From Orbicella franksi (taxonomy: Eukaryota): a DNA stretch of 64,000 bases. The stretch lies in contig OZ116699.1 of NCBI GenBank assembly GCA_964199315.1, positions 20,336,001-20,400,000 on the forward strand, written 5' to 3'. Position numbers and translations under genes: made by a program. The notes under the pieces are model-generated. The model did not search any database. It was given only the letters and a program-made list of their open reading frames with translations, and was not told the DNA's origin. Of this stretch, positions 36,316 to 49,086 are shown piece by piece (the first letter of the stretch is position 1; each line of letters starts with the position of its first letter).

Positions 36316-38039
36316 CATATAAATCTCAAATTTGGACTGTTTAGCCACAGCAAGCACCGCACCCAACCAACCTCAAATTCTACAGTGCGCCTAATCCATG
36401 GACGTTGTCCAACTGATGCCTACTGCCTTCTAGTCTTCCCTTTGCTCTCCACAATCTTCCAGGTTCAGTTTATTAATGGCAGCTACACAATCACATCACC
36501 ACATTTCTTGAAAAATGTGTTTAATTTCAGATCATTGGATTTAAGAAAATGTTTCACACCAAACTACATTTACAGCGAATTTATTCTCTATGGAACCTTT
36601 CTGGAATGTGCAATTGTGCGAGACGATTTGATATCACGGCCTTACTGCATGCAGCCCAGGTGCAGCCACTGCATATATTAACAGAATCAAATCGTCCCTT
36701 TTATGGTACAGGAGTACTTAGTACAGTGTTACTGTAATAAGGAAGTGTTAACGTAAGATATCTGATTCAATTGAAAAATCTTTAAGAATAAATAGAACTT
36801 ACTTTACCAATTTGTTGCAGCTAAATGAGCGGCCAAAAGGTTTCAGTGGAAGTCTAGTGCGCAGGTGTAGTGCAGAGCGCCCTTAATTCTTCATGACAGT
36901 TTTCCTGCCGTCACGCAACTCCCGAGTATCGCGTGACAAAGCGAAAGAACCAATGTATGAAAGCTTGGAATGGAAACCAGTTCTAAAACAATTAGATTCG
37001 AATTAAAATGAACCTAATATATTAGATTTTTCCTTGCAGTTGCGTTCTAACTGCAATTCGGTTTAAATGTTACGCATTGATTCGTACAAAGCGACTGAAA
37101 ATCTTATATTTACTAAATGTAATAACATACACTTACAACAAATTCTTTTTGCACATCATCGTACACGAAAAAAAATAAATATTCACAGTAAGTGTAATAT
37201 TATAAATTCGAGTTTGCAGGTATTACAAAATAGCTCATATCCATTACATAGAAAAATAAGTTACGACTCCATCATTATTTAAATTCCTTATTAATTTCAC
37301 AAAAATGCTTGCAACTGTTCAATATTACTTGGAAAATATGTATGGTACAAGAATATATTAACTTCTTGGATAACATTACGCCGTTAATTTGTGCATTTTT
37401 GACTATTTATAAATTCATTCAAGGAGAGACGAAACTGCAAAAAATATATTTTCTAGGTAAAAAAAAGTCAGATTTATCCAACCCCCAAATTAAGCATTTC
37501 TGTACAAAACCTAGGTAAAATAAGGTAAAGGATACATTCGCAATGCGTTCTGTGCAGCGATTAAAATTACATGTGCCATTCCTGCTTCTGCACTGGAAAA
37601 AGATGTTCAGCCTTATAAATTGCAATTGCCCAAACTACGTACAGCACGAGACAAATTCTCTTTTACCTAAAGTTTGTGAAGCAAAATAGCTTTTTTTTCC
37701 TGAAAGTCTTATCAGTTATTGACCTCCAGTCCATGAAGGGTTTAATAGATCACTTTCAAAATTCGATCCATGGTAGAAAGCAGCGTTGCGACAAAATTAT
37801 CGAATATTTCGACATGAACTTTGGCTACAGATTTTTCAAGATTTCAAGACTTTTATGATTCAAAGCTCTTTCGTCAATTTACTGAAACGATAATTCAGCG
37901 ACAACGAACTCCAGCATACCAGAACTATACTACTTATGTCGCTACGTAAATAGAAAGTGTAGTTGTTGTCAGATTGAAACTGGTTCGTGTCCATCAGTGA
38001 AAACCACTTGTACTTAACTTAAATAAGAACCAGTAAGAT

Positions 38040-38343
38040 GCAGACGTATTTCCGGCTGTCGCTTGTGTCCGCCGAAAATAACGTCTGCGAACCCGAGCCA
38101 GGAAACGATTTCTGTGACGTAGGAATTTTAAGCCAATCGCAGTTTAGCTCAAGTAGCCCCAGAACTACTGCGCGAGGTATTTGCTGCGAGGAGCACTCGA
38201 GTCTCATTCTATCATGGAATCTGATTGGCCAAGGGGAAACAAAAATGATTACGTCACAGAAATCGTTTCCTGGCTCGGGTTCGCAGACGTTATTTTCGGC
38301 GGAGACAAGCGACAGCCGGAAATACGTCTGCGTTCGCAGGCTA
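38040..38343. mobile_element. Fold-back MITE just downstream of the COE stop codon
   Basis: 82-bp inverted arms at 38040-38121 and 38250-38331 with one mismatch. The right end continues GTTCGCAGGCTA; the matching left terminus is missing. Confidence 0.9.
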
Positions 38344-38495
38344 GATGAGTCCTTGAAGTCTGCTTTCCCAAGCATTTGTCTCCTCTCTCCTGTGCAGTCG
38401 TTCAATGTGATTGTGTAGGCATACTCAGTGCGTCGTCATTCTCATATTAATTGCAGTGGTTGTCTGAACTCTCTTTCTCTCTCTTTTCTGACACT

Positions 38496-41400
38496 CTACG
38501 AGTTACCAGCTCCCACATGGTTTGCTAGTTTGGGCTGAACAGCTGCACTTACAGGGATTGCAAAGGTGCCACCAAAGGAAGAAGAGACCATACCTGTGAA
38601 AATACATCCAAAACACATAATGTCACTGCACCAGAATCTCAAAACACTTGTCAGTCTTCTCTACTTCGCGAATAGTCAACACGTATCCCGTGAAGTCGTC
38701 AAGGAATATTGCTTTCATACTTAGCAGGCAAAGCCAAAACGAACTTTGGCAAACTTCATATATCGCGGGACAATTTGTTGATTGATAACAAGGCGTGATG
38801 AGACATTATAACATGCTGACTTGGCCTCAGAACGCATGCCGGAAATTCCATTTCCAAGGACCACGATTTAAACACTTTACGTGGGGAGATGCCCTAAGAC
38901 CCCCTACAGTGGACCACCTCTCAAACCCCTATCTCTAAAATCCTCTATCTGCCCCAGGACTGGGTGTACACCAGAAACTAACCTGGCACAAGAGCAGCGG
39001 AGTTTGTATGAGAGACAGAAGGTGAACCTCCCTCTGACACGACAGGTGGTCTCATCACTGGATTGAATGCACTCTTCTGTTTCACAGCTTGGATCATGTT
39101 TGGCGGGAAAGCAAACATCCCTGCATTCCCATTTGGTGGTACACTGTTAGGTGTCGGAGGCAGTGATGGAGACTGAGGAACAACTGCAACAACAATCAAA
39201 AAGTAAAGATTACATTAGTTTAATATACAAACAACTAACTAATAGATTTAAACGAGAGAGTTACGGTGGCCAAAGGGCCTGCGTGCTTGAATTTGGATCA
39301 ACCATTGCTGAGTCGAGGTCACTATGTTATTTTCTTAGAAAGACATTCTAATCTCTCAGTGCATTTCTCCACCCAGGAGTAGAAACAGGTACTGGTAAAT
39401 TAAGTGATGGGGGGTAATTATTGGCTTGTAAAAGAACACAATGCTCCTAGCCCTTAAAACAATAGCAACTAAAAACATGGAATGTAGAACAAAAAATATT
39501 TTCCAATTGAAAATAATCACTAGGTAATGAGGCAAGACTACAATATCTATAAAAAGGAAAACATGATTAGACTGGGCAACACAAGTGAAAATCCAGAAAC
39601 TGATCACAAAGTAAAATGAAACCTGAGTCAGTGATCTTAAATAATATCTTACATGTGGCACCATTGAGGAAACCAGGTGATGAAGGAACAGCCATATTGT
39701 GTAGAGTTATTGATGGTGGAAGCCCTCCTGAGTAACCATTGATACCATTGGGTGCACTAGTCATGCTAATTGCAGCTGACAGAGGTACTGGCACATCAGA
39801 GTTAGCAGGGGAGGCTACATGTCCTTCACTTGACAAAGAAGCACTATGTGGATATCCTGGCAGCATATTTACATGTCGTGTGGTGGGTGTGCTGCTTCCT
39901 AAAGTACAAAAACATGGCTCAAGTTACATTTCTCTCTTGATTTAAACATCATGGTCAATCAATAACCAACAAAAGCTTGCTCAAACAAACAGCTAACATT
40001 TATCTTCAGTGCTGAGTAAATTTAAAATGTCAAAAATGCCAGCCCTTACATTAAATAATAGTAATAGGGGTTAATTTATAAACAATTCTCAATTAATTCT
40101 TGCAGGTTCTAACTGGAAATGCAGTACACAAAACGTTTTTACATGCTTATCATTTACTTAACTTTAAACACCTATTGTCATGTGTTTTAGGAGGGTTACA
40201 AGCTAAGAATCACAAAAATATACCTCACTCTGCTCCCAGTTATATGTTTAATCAAGGAGTAAATTAAAATTATTATTAATACTGCTATTTAATTTTTTGC
40301 AAAACTTATATTATTCATTCTATTTACCTGATGTAACAATAACTTCATTATTGTTGACATCAGTCTGTGCAGTGGAACTTCCTATTCTCTGCTGTTGACT
40401 GCCAGGGTTTGCACTGCCGTAAACAACAGATGGAGCATCCGGATTACCGATAGCAACATACGTTCCTCCATTGGTGATTGCATCAGGTGATATGGCTGTT
40501 AAGTGTTGTCCTATCATCATTGAATGAGCACTGCTAGCAGTGGTTGGGGGAGGACCTCCAGTGGGTGGATATTGCGACCCGTGAATTTGGGTTGGAGTGC
40601 GAGGAATGTTGTAGCATACAGCTTCAGCAAGATCTGCTGCTCTCTTTAATATGATTTCCTGAAAAGAAACAATTGTGAACATTAGTAACTATGACATAGA
40701 AAGAAATGAAGAAATAAAAATGAATTGAGGAAACTGGAAATGGACTGTTTTGACTTGAAAATTAAAATTACACAGTCAGTAATCTTGTATAAAAATAATT
40801 TTCTATTTTCCTCATCATCCAAACAACCGGCTGCAACAGCCTATGAGGAAAAAGTCTATCTTTCACTATTTAAGGCACAATATGAAAAGCACACATGTAA
40901 GAGCAATGTAAATTTTGTACTTTACACTTAAACTCACCTTGGGCAACTTTTCAGGATCACCAGGGTGTCGTGGAATCAACTTTGTCAATCTTTGGAAACC
41001 ATAGTCAATGGTAGGCTCACAAAGTGCTGCGTAAAAGTCACAACAAAATTATTGAAACAAAATCTGACTTATAATAATTTTAACTGACTCAGCTAGAAAT
41101 AGAAAACAATACAAAAGACTTAAGAAGTAACAATTTGGTGGCTTACTCTAGAAACCTGTTTAAATTTTTACACATTTTCCAGTGGCTTACCAGAATAAAT
41201 GAATCTTCCAGGAGCAGTCTTGCAGTACTGTTTATTTCTATACATCAGTGTTACCTCCACCATACCTGGGATGGGTCTGGGTGGGGCTTGGACACGGATA
41301 GCATTGGGGGTAATAAACTGCAAATAATGGCAGGAAAAAAATCATTAAATAAATATGTTAACCAGTCCTGACGTCTTAGTAAGAGGGGGAACGTAAAGAT

Positions 41401-44400
41401 CAAGAATAGATATTTTCCAAGAGACAACTGATAAATTGTAAATTAAAGTATATTTTTGCATGGTGGCCCAGCAACAGGGATCCAATTGGCTTGTAGCTGG
41501 CTGATAGTTGGCAAGGGGCAAGGCCCAGAGCCAATTAACAAAGTCAATAAAAAACCAAGAACAACCATCTTTTGTAATTTGTTTTAGCATAAAAAACGTC
41601 TATTTAAAGAAAAATGTTTTTATCTCAAAAAGGTCATAAAAACACCAAGTTGTTTAGAGCCTTTTTTAAAGATTTGGAGCACTATTGTCCATTTTGTGTA
41701 TTTCCCAGAATCTAAAACTAGCGCAAGGCAAATGGGTCTGTACACCACTCCAACTTGGTGAGCTTATACATCATTGCAAATCTTGGAGTATAAAATGAAT
41801 ATAAATAATAAATGGCTTACTTTGTAATCAAATGATTGATAAATTGATCATTACCTCACTCCAAACAATCAGTGAACCAAACACGACTTGCAGACCATCA
41901 AAAAAGTTATCTCCAATCACCACAACATTAGTTCCACCTGTTGTCCATCCCTCATTGGGACAAATAGCCTTGATACTTGGATAAGCTGAAGACAAAAAAT
42001 TAAGAGGTTTAAATTTTTGTCTTCCTTGTTGTAGAATAGAAGCCATTACTATTGATTATGTCTAGGTGTGAACACACTTTGATGCACACGCTTCGGAGAA
42101 TTTGGATTACCATCTGTCAAACTTCAAATGACTGAAGGATGGATCATGCTACAGTTGAAATCCAATTGATGTCCATTTCATAATGCCCCTCTGAACCCTG
42201 AGCTATGTCATATATGGATAGGTATATATCCCCCTGGGGAAGTACTCTACAAAGTTTTACATGGGGAGGTTCTGCCAAGGTCTAACCCCTTAATATCCTT
42301 TTGTATACCATTTTGACTGAAAAAAGGTACCTCTTTCATATACTTTCATAAATGGCCCGTATTGGAATAAATCGCCAAAAAAGGAAATCTTATTATTTAT
42401 ATGTAGCACCTAATAAAGGAAATGATACAGCAATAAGGTGCATCTGTTCAAATATTTTAATTAAAGGTCCTTTAAAGTACCTAATTGACAGATTTCCCTA
42501 CGTTTTCATTTACCTCAACTTGTGAAATCTCTGCCCTTTTATATACTGGAAACCTGAAAAAGGTAGCCCTTTCGGGTGGAGCCTTCCTATATAGGCCATT
42601 ATAGGTAGTGCCCCCCCCCCCCCCCCTGATATCACCCATACCATTATAGGGAGTACCTCTCCCACCGATATTACCCAGCAACTGTTACCTAGTAGTTAGG
42701 GCCACATGATAAGAATGTGATACTGAGGTATGTTGTGGTGTTGGACATTCCATCCTGGGGAAGTAGTGATAGTCCTGGTTGCTTCATGCTACCAAAACTG
42801 GAATAAGATCTGACAATGAGCCAGAGTTTGAGTGAGACTTGGTACAAGGAGATATAGGAACTGAATGAACAGCTTTTATTTTAAAAATAATAAGAAGAGA
42901 CTCACCATAGGCTGATTCTACTTTGCGGCTTTTTCTTCCATGTTTGGAATTGTTATGCACAAACATGTTATCAGAGCACGCCAACATTCCAGCAACAGGA
43001 TCAGGTGAGGAGGAAACATGTACCTGCAAAGAAATAAAAAAGAAAAATTAGCTAAGAAAGTCAAAATAAGAAAAAAAATGTTAAGTGTTGTGCCATAAAT
43101 GCTCTGTAAGCCTCCCACTTCTCATTTACATGTACTTAACAGTAACTCTCCTGGTCCCAACCGTCTGTCCCAAGGGATGCCTATTCCCTGAAAAGCCAAC
43201 AGACCTTTGCACAAAGAAAGAGGTAAAATTTTCTGCAGCAATTTTTTTTTTCCATACAGTCATGCCATGGCCAAATTATAATATGAAGTTAGGTCTCTTT
43301 TTTAACATTCTGGGGGAGGGGATTGCATCTGAACTTCCCACCTCCTATCCTCACCTCACCTATCTTCTTTGTGCTCTGTTGTGCGTAAGACCCCCCCTCC
43401 CACCTCCTATACCTTTTACATTTTGTTGCCACCCTTTCCTTAGTGGCTCCCAACTTGTGGTAGTTTATCTATTGCAAAACATTCCTCTCCTCTCTCACCT
43501 CCTGTAAAGTTTCTGATTATAAAAGTAAGAGAAACCAAGGTGAAAACAAGAGCAGGAAAGAGTAGATGGGGAAGAAAAATAAAATACTACGGATACATTC
43601 AAATACATGTGCAGTTAGCAAGAAGAAAGTTGCACTGCCAATGAAGAAAGGTTTTAACTAAGATGATTTCCACTGAACATTTGAGCAATGATGGCAAAAA
43701 TAAAGTTACCAAAAAAACCTCATAGGATGGTAATATTTTGAATAAAGGTAGGAAGATCTTATCGAGACTCAAGGTCTAAAGCTGACCCCGCAAGAGAAAA
43801 TTGAACTCGAAGTTATCCATATTTCAATTAAAACGGATGTTTCGCATCAGTTGAAAACACAATAACACACACATTAAGCATTCTTACGAGGTTTGACATT
43901 AAATTTCTAGAGAATGCTTGGGGATTAAATTACGGGGTCACCCAGAGAATGAACCACAGTGAGGTGTTTTAAATAGTATTGAAAAAGTTACTGTGCTGTG
44001 AGCAGATTTTTAGTAATACTTTTTGCACTTATTGCTCGAACTTTGAGCGGAATCCATCTTAAATACTAAAATTATAGTAATAAATTAACAATAATTACTA
44101 ATAAATTAATACACTACTGACTTATGAAATAAATGTTTTACCTGAAATCGTCTCATATCCCTTGGATTTCCCGCATTTTTCAGACAATTTTGATTGCACT
44201 TGAGAAAGAATTTCAAAAAGAATCTGCAAAGTAACAGAAAAGTATTTGACGCTTCTGATTAATGTCTCTTTTCTCTTTACAGTACTATAAACCATCCATC
44301 GTGTACATGTGAGAAGAATAAAGAAAAAGGTCTGGCATGCACAGTTGAAAAATTGTTACTGAACTTGTAAACAGGTTTGTAACAGCACTGAGAACATCAG

Positions 44401-47400
44401 ATTAACCCTGGAACATTTGCTTTTAATCTGAAGTTTCTTTTATTAGTAATATGAAAGTCACAAATACTCATAAATAATATTATTATCTCTTAAGAAGAAG
44501 TATGTTTCACGTTTGATCTACTCCTCTAGAACAAAGAAATGAGTGGGGTACAAACAATTTGGCTGAATGTGACTAGATTTATGCATGGTATGTACCAGGA
44601 ATGCACGCTATTGTAATAAAAAGGAAATGTACTGTTTCCTTTTTAAGATATTAACAATGTTAAATATTGTGCATAGATACACCCAAAAGTTTTTTTAAGT
44701 TTAAGTAACTTAATTTAACTTCTATTTCAATTACTGCCCTGAAACCTAAATTTCTCGCTAGATTTATGGGTGGGGTCTGCTAACAAGCCACCAAGCTTAC
44801 TTCTTTCAAACTAATTTAAACTAACTGAGTGATTTTTCTGAGCAGCATCAAGATAAAATTACACAACACTAACTCTTATCAATAACAATTTGTCAACTAT
44901 TTACTACTCTCAACAAAATGCGAACAAACTCATGGCAAGATAATTAATTGAACACTATTTCCATGGAAACAGGTAAACATTTTTTTTTCAAGGCGACTAT
45001 TTATACTATCTGTAATTGAAATGAAAACAACACCTGATTCTCTCTACAGTGACAAAAACTCAAATTAACTTTGGCATTTCTTTTTAGATGTAAATCTACA
45101 AAGGTTATCAAGCTTTATGGTGAACTAATAACTAGCAGTTCAACTGAATAAATATATTAGAAGAATTTTCTCTACGATACTTTATTTAGGAGAATAAGTT
45201 TGACCGTATTATTGGTCAGGCAATTTTTAAAACTTATAGCACAAAGTAAGTATTAAAACTTTAGAAATGGCATTATCACTTTTTTTTAATAGTGTTCAGA
45301 ATATATTCCTCTCAAAAATCCCATTTTGCATAGGTATTGTTCAGATAAACAAAAGCAAAGAACAATTAAAGCATACTTTACACCTCTCAATGTAATCTCT
45401 TGCATTCACAAGGCAAACAATGGCAGAATAAAATGCATTCCTTCAGCAAGACATATTACATGGTATACTTTTCCCTTTGGGAAGTTTTTGGACCCAAAAC
45501 ACCATATGGGAACATATCTTACTATATCACAATGTTACATTTTATGTACCTGTCTACCACAACAGGGTCCGATGGAGTCTCATTTTTGTTACCACATGAT
45601 TTCTTTTCACAGCATCGGCTGTAATCAGGAGAAGACAAAAGATTACAATATTAGTATTCAACACCATGAATTCAGGCATTTTTGGTTAATGACGAAACAT
45701 AGTATATTCCAAAGACCCTCCACAACTAATCACAACTGTAGAAAATTTCGTAATATTGATTTATCATTATGAAACAAAACTTTACCTGCACATTACTTCG
45801 TGGGTCATGAGAACACGACACATTTCAGGGTTTTTGTCTTGGCCCTCATACACAATAGGCTGAAGTAAACAAAACGGTTCTGTGTAAGTTTTATATTAAA
45901 GCAAAATATGAACGTCTTGTTTTCTTTCCAACTTTACTTGTAAAATTAGTTAACTTTTTAATCAAAGACAAACCAGAAAACTAGGGGTTCTAAAATTTTC
46001 CCAACAATTTGTTTTTGCTCAAACCGAAACCATTATATGAGAACAATAATTAAGCTTATTGAGAACTTTTTTTGACAAATATTTGCAACTAAAGAACGTT
46101 TAAAATTTACTAATGATTTACCAAATATCGACATCACTCCATTTATACACACAGTAACAATCTGATCGTAAATCTTGGTTTTTAGGTCAATAGGTAATTG
46201 AACTTTCAAGATCTCTGTTGTCAGCGTTAAATTTGCCAGGATCATAAAACTCATTAGTGTAACTGGAAAAGAATGTTAATTACTCTTCAAGTGATGGGAA
46301 GAAAATTATGGTAATTTCTTTTTTCAAGCACCAACGCAAGAAAAAAAAGATACTGTTTATAAGCTTTATACCTGCTTCGTCGTCGAGTTAACAAGCCGAA
46401 TGAAGATGTCTTGCTCACTTCGAATTCCTAGAGGACGAGTACAGTAATAAAACTTTAGAAGCCTGTAAATACAAGGTTCTACGTTTTCTAGTTTGCACCG
46501 CGCGCGCGAATTGTTAATTTCGACGCAGAAGACCACAATTTGCTTCTTTCAGAACTTCTATTTTTCCAACCGTCTATGACGAATGTTAGTTTTTGTCCTT
46601 ATACATTTATCACCAATATTGAAACTGATCTTTCAAGCCTGAGCAAACAATTTGCACAGTTTGTTTAAAGAAGCAACTCCCTAGGCAACTTGAGTAAATA
46701 CTCTAAGGCACTGAGAATGGTCACATTCCGTTAGACGGCCAGTTGGGTTTAACGTGATGAAACCTGGTTAGACACCGGAACCAAAATGTGTCTCTATAGA
46801 CCTCGGATCACTTTTCCCCTGTCGACGGTTATTTTCCGCAAGTGAATTTCATATTCCCACTGGGGTCCCTCTTAATTTGATAACGAGTTTACTCATACAC
46901 ACTTCATCGACCGTCAAATGTACACACACATGGGCAAGTGAACAGGACAAACTCACCATTGCTGTAGAGAAGTTGAAGTCTGTACGAAGCGCCGTTTCGG
47001 ACATTTTTCTGATCCTGCAGGAAAGAAAACCGAATCGAAATACTTACATCTGGACAGGGAAGTTTAAACCAACAGTTGTTTATTACATTAACCAGGAAAA
47101 TATTTAGAAAAACCTACCGGCAGGTGTTCGATGAATCCCGTAAAAACTGCGCGCTCGATCTCGACAGCTTGCCCTGTGCGATCATAGAATGCCAAGACGA
47201 AGTGGAAAAAGTTGCTTTTCCGGAGATTTGACGGAGGCTGCTTCTCAAAATGTGCTCTGGCCAAGCTACATCCGCTGGAAAACAGAAAGAGCAGGGTAAA
47301 AAAAAAAAAAGTATCGTAAAGTTTTTCCGTGAACTGTAAAAAAAATACAAGTGTATTTGACAAGGTATTCGAGAATGTGAAAATCACGTGGCTTGAACAT

Positions 47401-47542
47401 ACGACGCTATCTAGGAGGAAATCGCTGCGCACTCATATCTAAATGCGCCCAACCTGGCCACTTGATTGCTGTCCATGGTAGCTGGCTGCATCCAGCCAAC
47501 GCTTTCTTCTTTTAGCGGTGAAGTAACGCTATGTTCTTGCAT
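38496..47542 (-). CDS. COE: Transcription factor COE/EBF (collier/Olf-1/EBF), 15 coding exons, ~641 aa
   Basis: Exons assembled by hand with GT-AG junctions and consistent phases: 47454-47542, 47118-47274, 46957-47014, 46372-46427, 45786-45859, 45550-45618, 44142-44223, 42906-43023, 41855-41985, 41191-41317, 40938-41026, 40328-40658, 39653-39898, 38983-39183, 38496-38593 (1926 nt, divisible by 3). Hallmark peptides: [61 protein letters not shown] (HCCC zinc knuckle), [30 protein letters not shown] domain [28 protein letters not shown]...[24 protein letters not shown], and C-terminal AVKQKSAF. The start codon and last exon are less certain than the core. Confidence 0.97.
42233..42626. mobile_element. 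MITE-like repeat in COE intron 8
   Basis: Starts (C)CTGGGGAAGTACTC and ends ATAGGCCATTATAGGTAGTG-C16. A second terminus-like piece (CCATTATAGGGAGTACC) follows at ~42641-42657. Confidence 0.6.
42740..42820 (+). mobile_element. Degraded SINE 3' fragment in COE intron 8
   Basis: CCATCCTGGGGAAGTAG...GTTGCTTCATGCTAC...AACTGG.ATAAG matches the SINE core at 4741-4800. Confidence 0.6.
43168..43177. promoter_or_regulatory. Perfect COE/EBF consensus site in COE intron 7
   Basis: TCCCAAGGGA matches the established TCCCNNGGGA EBF palindrome. Function is inferred. Confidence 0.45.
43880..44062 (-). mobile_element. Terminal fragment of a TTAA-ended repeat in COE intron 7
   Basis: Reverse complement (TTAAGATGGATTCCGCTCAAAGTTCGAGCAATAAGTGC...) matches 57298-57485. 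Confidence 0.7.
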
Positions 47543-47766
47543 GGATGTAAAAGTTAGTTGACAACGGCCAAAATTTGTCTTGCGTTGCAGTGCCGAGTTC
47601 GACAAATATTTTCACTCGAGAGCGCGTCGAGTTCTCTTTTGCTGTCGGAGTGAAAGTCGATTTGACTCTACATTCGCTGGTTTGCCGGTCTTTTGGCTTC
47701 AACGCGGGTCGCGGTCACAAGTCGTGGGTTTCTTTGTTGTCGTGAAGAGTTTGTGAAATGTTCAAC

Positions 47767-47812
47767 TCCCAAAGGACAGCAGAATATGTAGTGATTAACC
47801 TCCCGAGGGAAT
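47767..47812. promoter_or_regulatory. Paired COE/EBF consensus sites ~225-270 bp upstream of the COE ATG
   Basis: TCCCGAGGGAAT at 47801-47812 (perfect core) and TCCCAAAGGA at 47767-47776 (one mismatch), in a CpG-rich promoter that also has CCAAT-like and CACGTG motifs (47851-48000). Confidence 0.55.
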
Positions 47813-49086
47813 TATGAGGAGAATGCAGAATCTAATATATTTACAATGACGTCGTCCTTGACCAACCAAATCGGCCGTCGCTATTGTCTGTGACAATGCT
47901 TTAAGTAAACAGCTTTTGTCTCTATTAAAAATATTTTATCCTCTCTTTGACCAATCCGGTATCAGACATAAAGAATGGCGAGTAACGCAAGGCACGTGGC
48001 ACTACGTGACCGTGACTGTAGCACGTTGTTGCTTATTACGAAGGCAAATTCGCTGATCGGAAATAACTTTCAAAGCAGGAAAATAATGGACATCCTGTTC
48101 TTCTTTCGTAATCTTTTTGAATATAAATTCACAATGAAGAACTACCTGGAAACTATGCGAAAGCAAATTGGACAAAAACTAGTGTGCATCCCATCCGAGA
48201 TTTCATTTGTATCAGAGCCGAACTGTACGACAGGGCTCTATCACGGTTAGCTGTGATAGCACGAGCTCCTTAAAAAACATTTCGTCTTTAACAGCCTTTT
48301 TTAATGCGAAATCAACCAAGAACCAATGAGTGAGTAAGAGGGTAAATGAATAAAGAAATCCAGTTATGGGCTCCTGAGAAATCTTAATAAATGATTTTTA
48401 GACAAAGTGAAAATGAAAACTCGAAATCAGGCAAAAAATCCGCGTAATATTTGTTGGTCTGAAATAGAATAAGGAGTGACAAATCCCTAATGGAAGCTTG
48501 AGCTCCGGGGTAAAGGGCTGCTGTAGGGTTAACGAAGAGGATAAAGAAAATTGGCTATAGCATGCACTCTTTTACCGACATTTTTTTCTTTGTTCTATAA
48601 AAATCAGCTCGCTTACAAGGCAACGAGCTTGACTCGACCAGAAACGGCACTCTTGTGCAGTAAAGCAGTGTAGTTAATGTCTCACTCAAGATTTTACCGT
48701 GTTTTTAAATAAATAAAGTATGTAAATTGTAAACTTCTTTAGTAAACCCCAGGCAGTCATTATCCTCTCTTGTATAAGGTAATGACACAACGGTTTCCAG
48801 CATTTTTAGCGCTTATCTTTGATGTATCAGTGCTACCACGTACCATTCTGGTCCACTCTCTTTCAATTGATACTGTAATATTGGTGAAAAACAAATGTCC
48901 AATGTTCAAGGCTTATAAGGTTACCATAGCAGCGGAATAAACTGTTTTTCAGTGCCGAGATTAAAAAATTATTGTTGGAGGAAGCTCAAAGTTGCTTTAG
49001 TTTTTGGGAAATTTGAGGTGTTTCTTAAACTACTACCAACTTTGCGTCACCGGATTCACTTTTGAGCTATGAGCACTCAAAGCTAA

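Noticed and set aside
38019-38418. Overlapping 126-128-aa ORFs on both strands with mirrored peptides
   Set aside because: A by-product of the palindromic MITE, not a protein gene.
43085-46254. Plus- and minus-strand 70-150-aa ORFs inside COE introns (e.g. 43085..43507, 45326..45772)
   Set aside because: Low-complexity or antisense-to-exon frames with alternative starts and no recognisable domains.
48811-48822. TCF/GATA composite (TTATCTTTGAT) upstream of COE
   Set aside because: A single short motif expected by chance in AT-rich DNA, with no conservation data.
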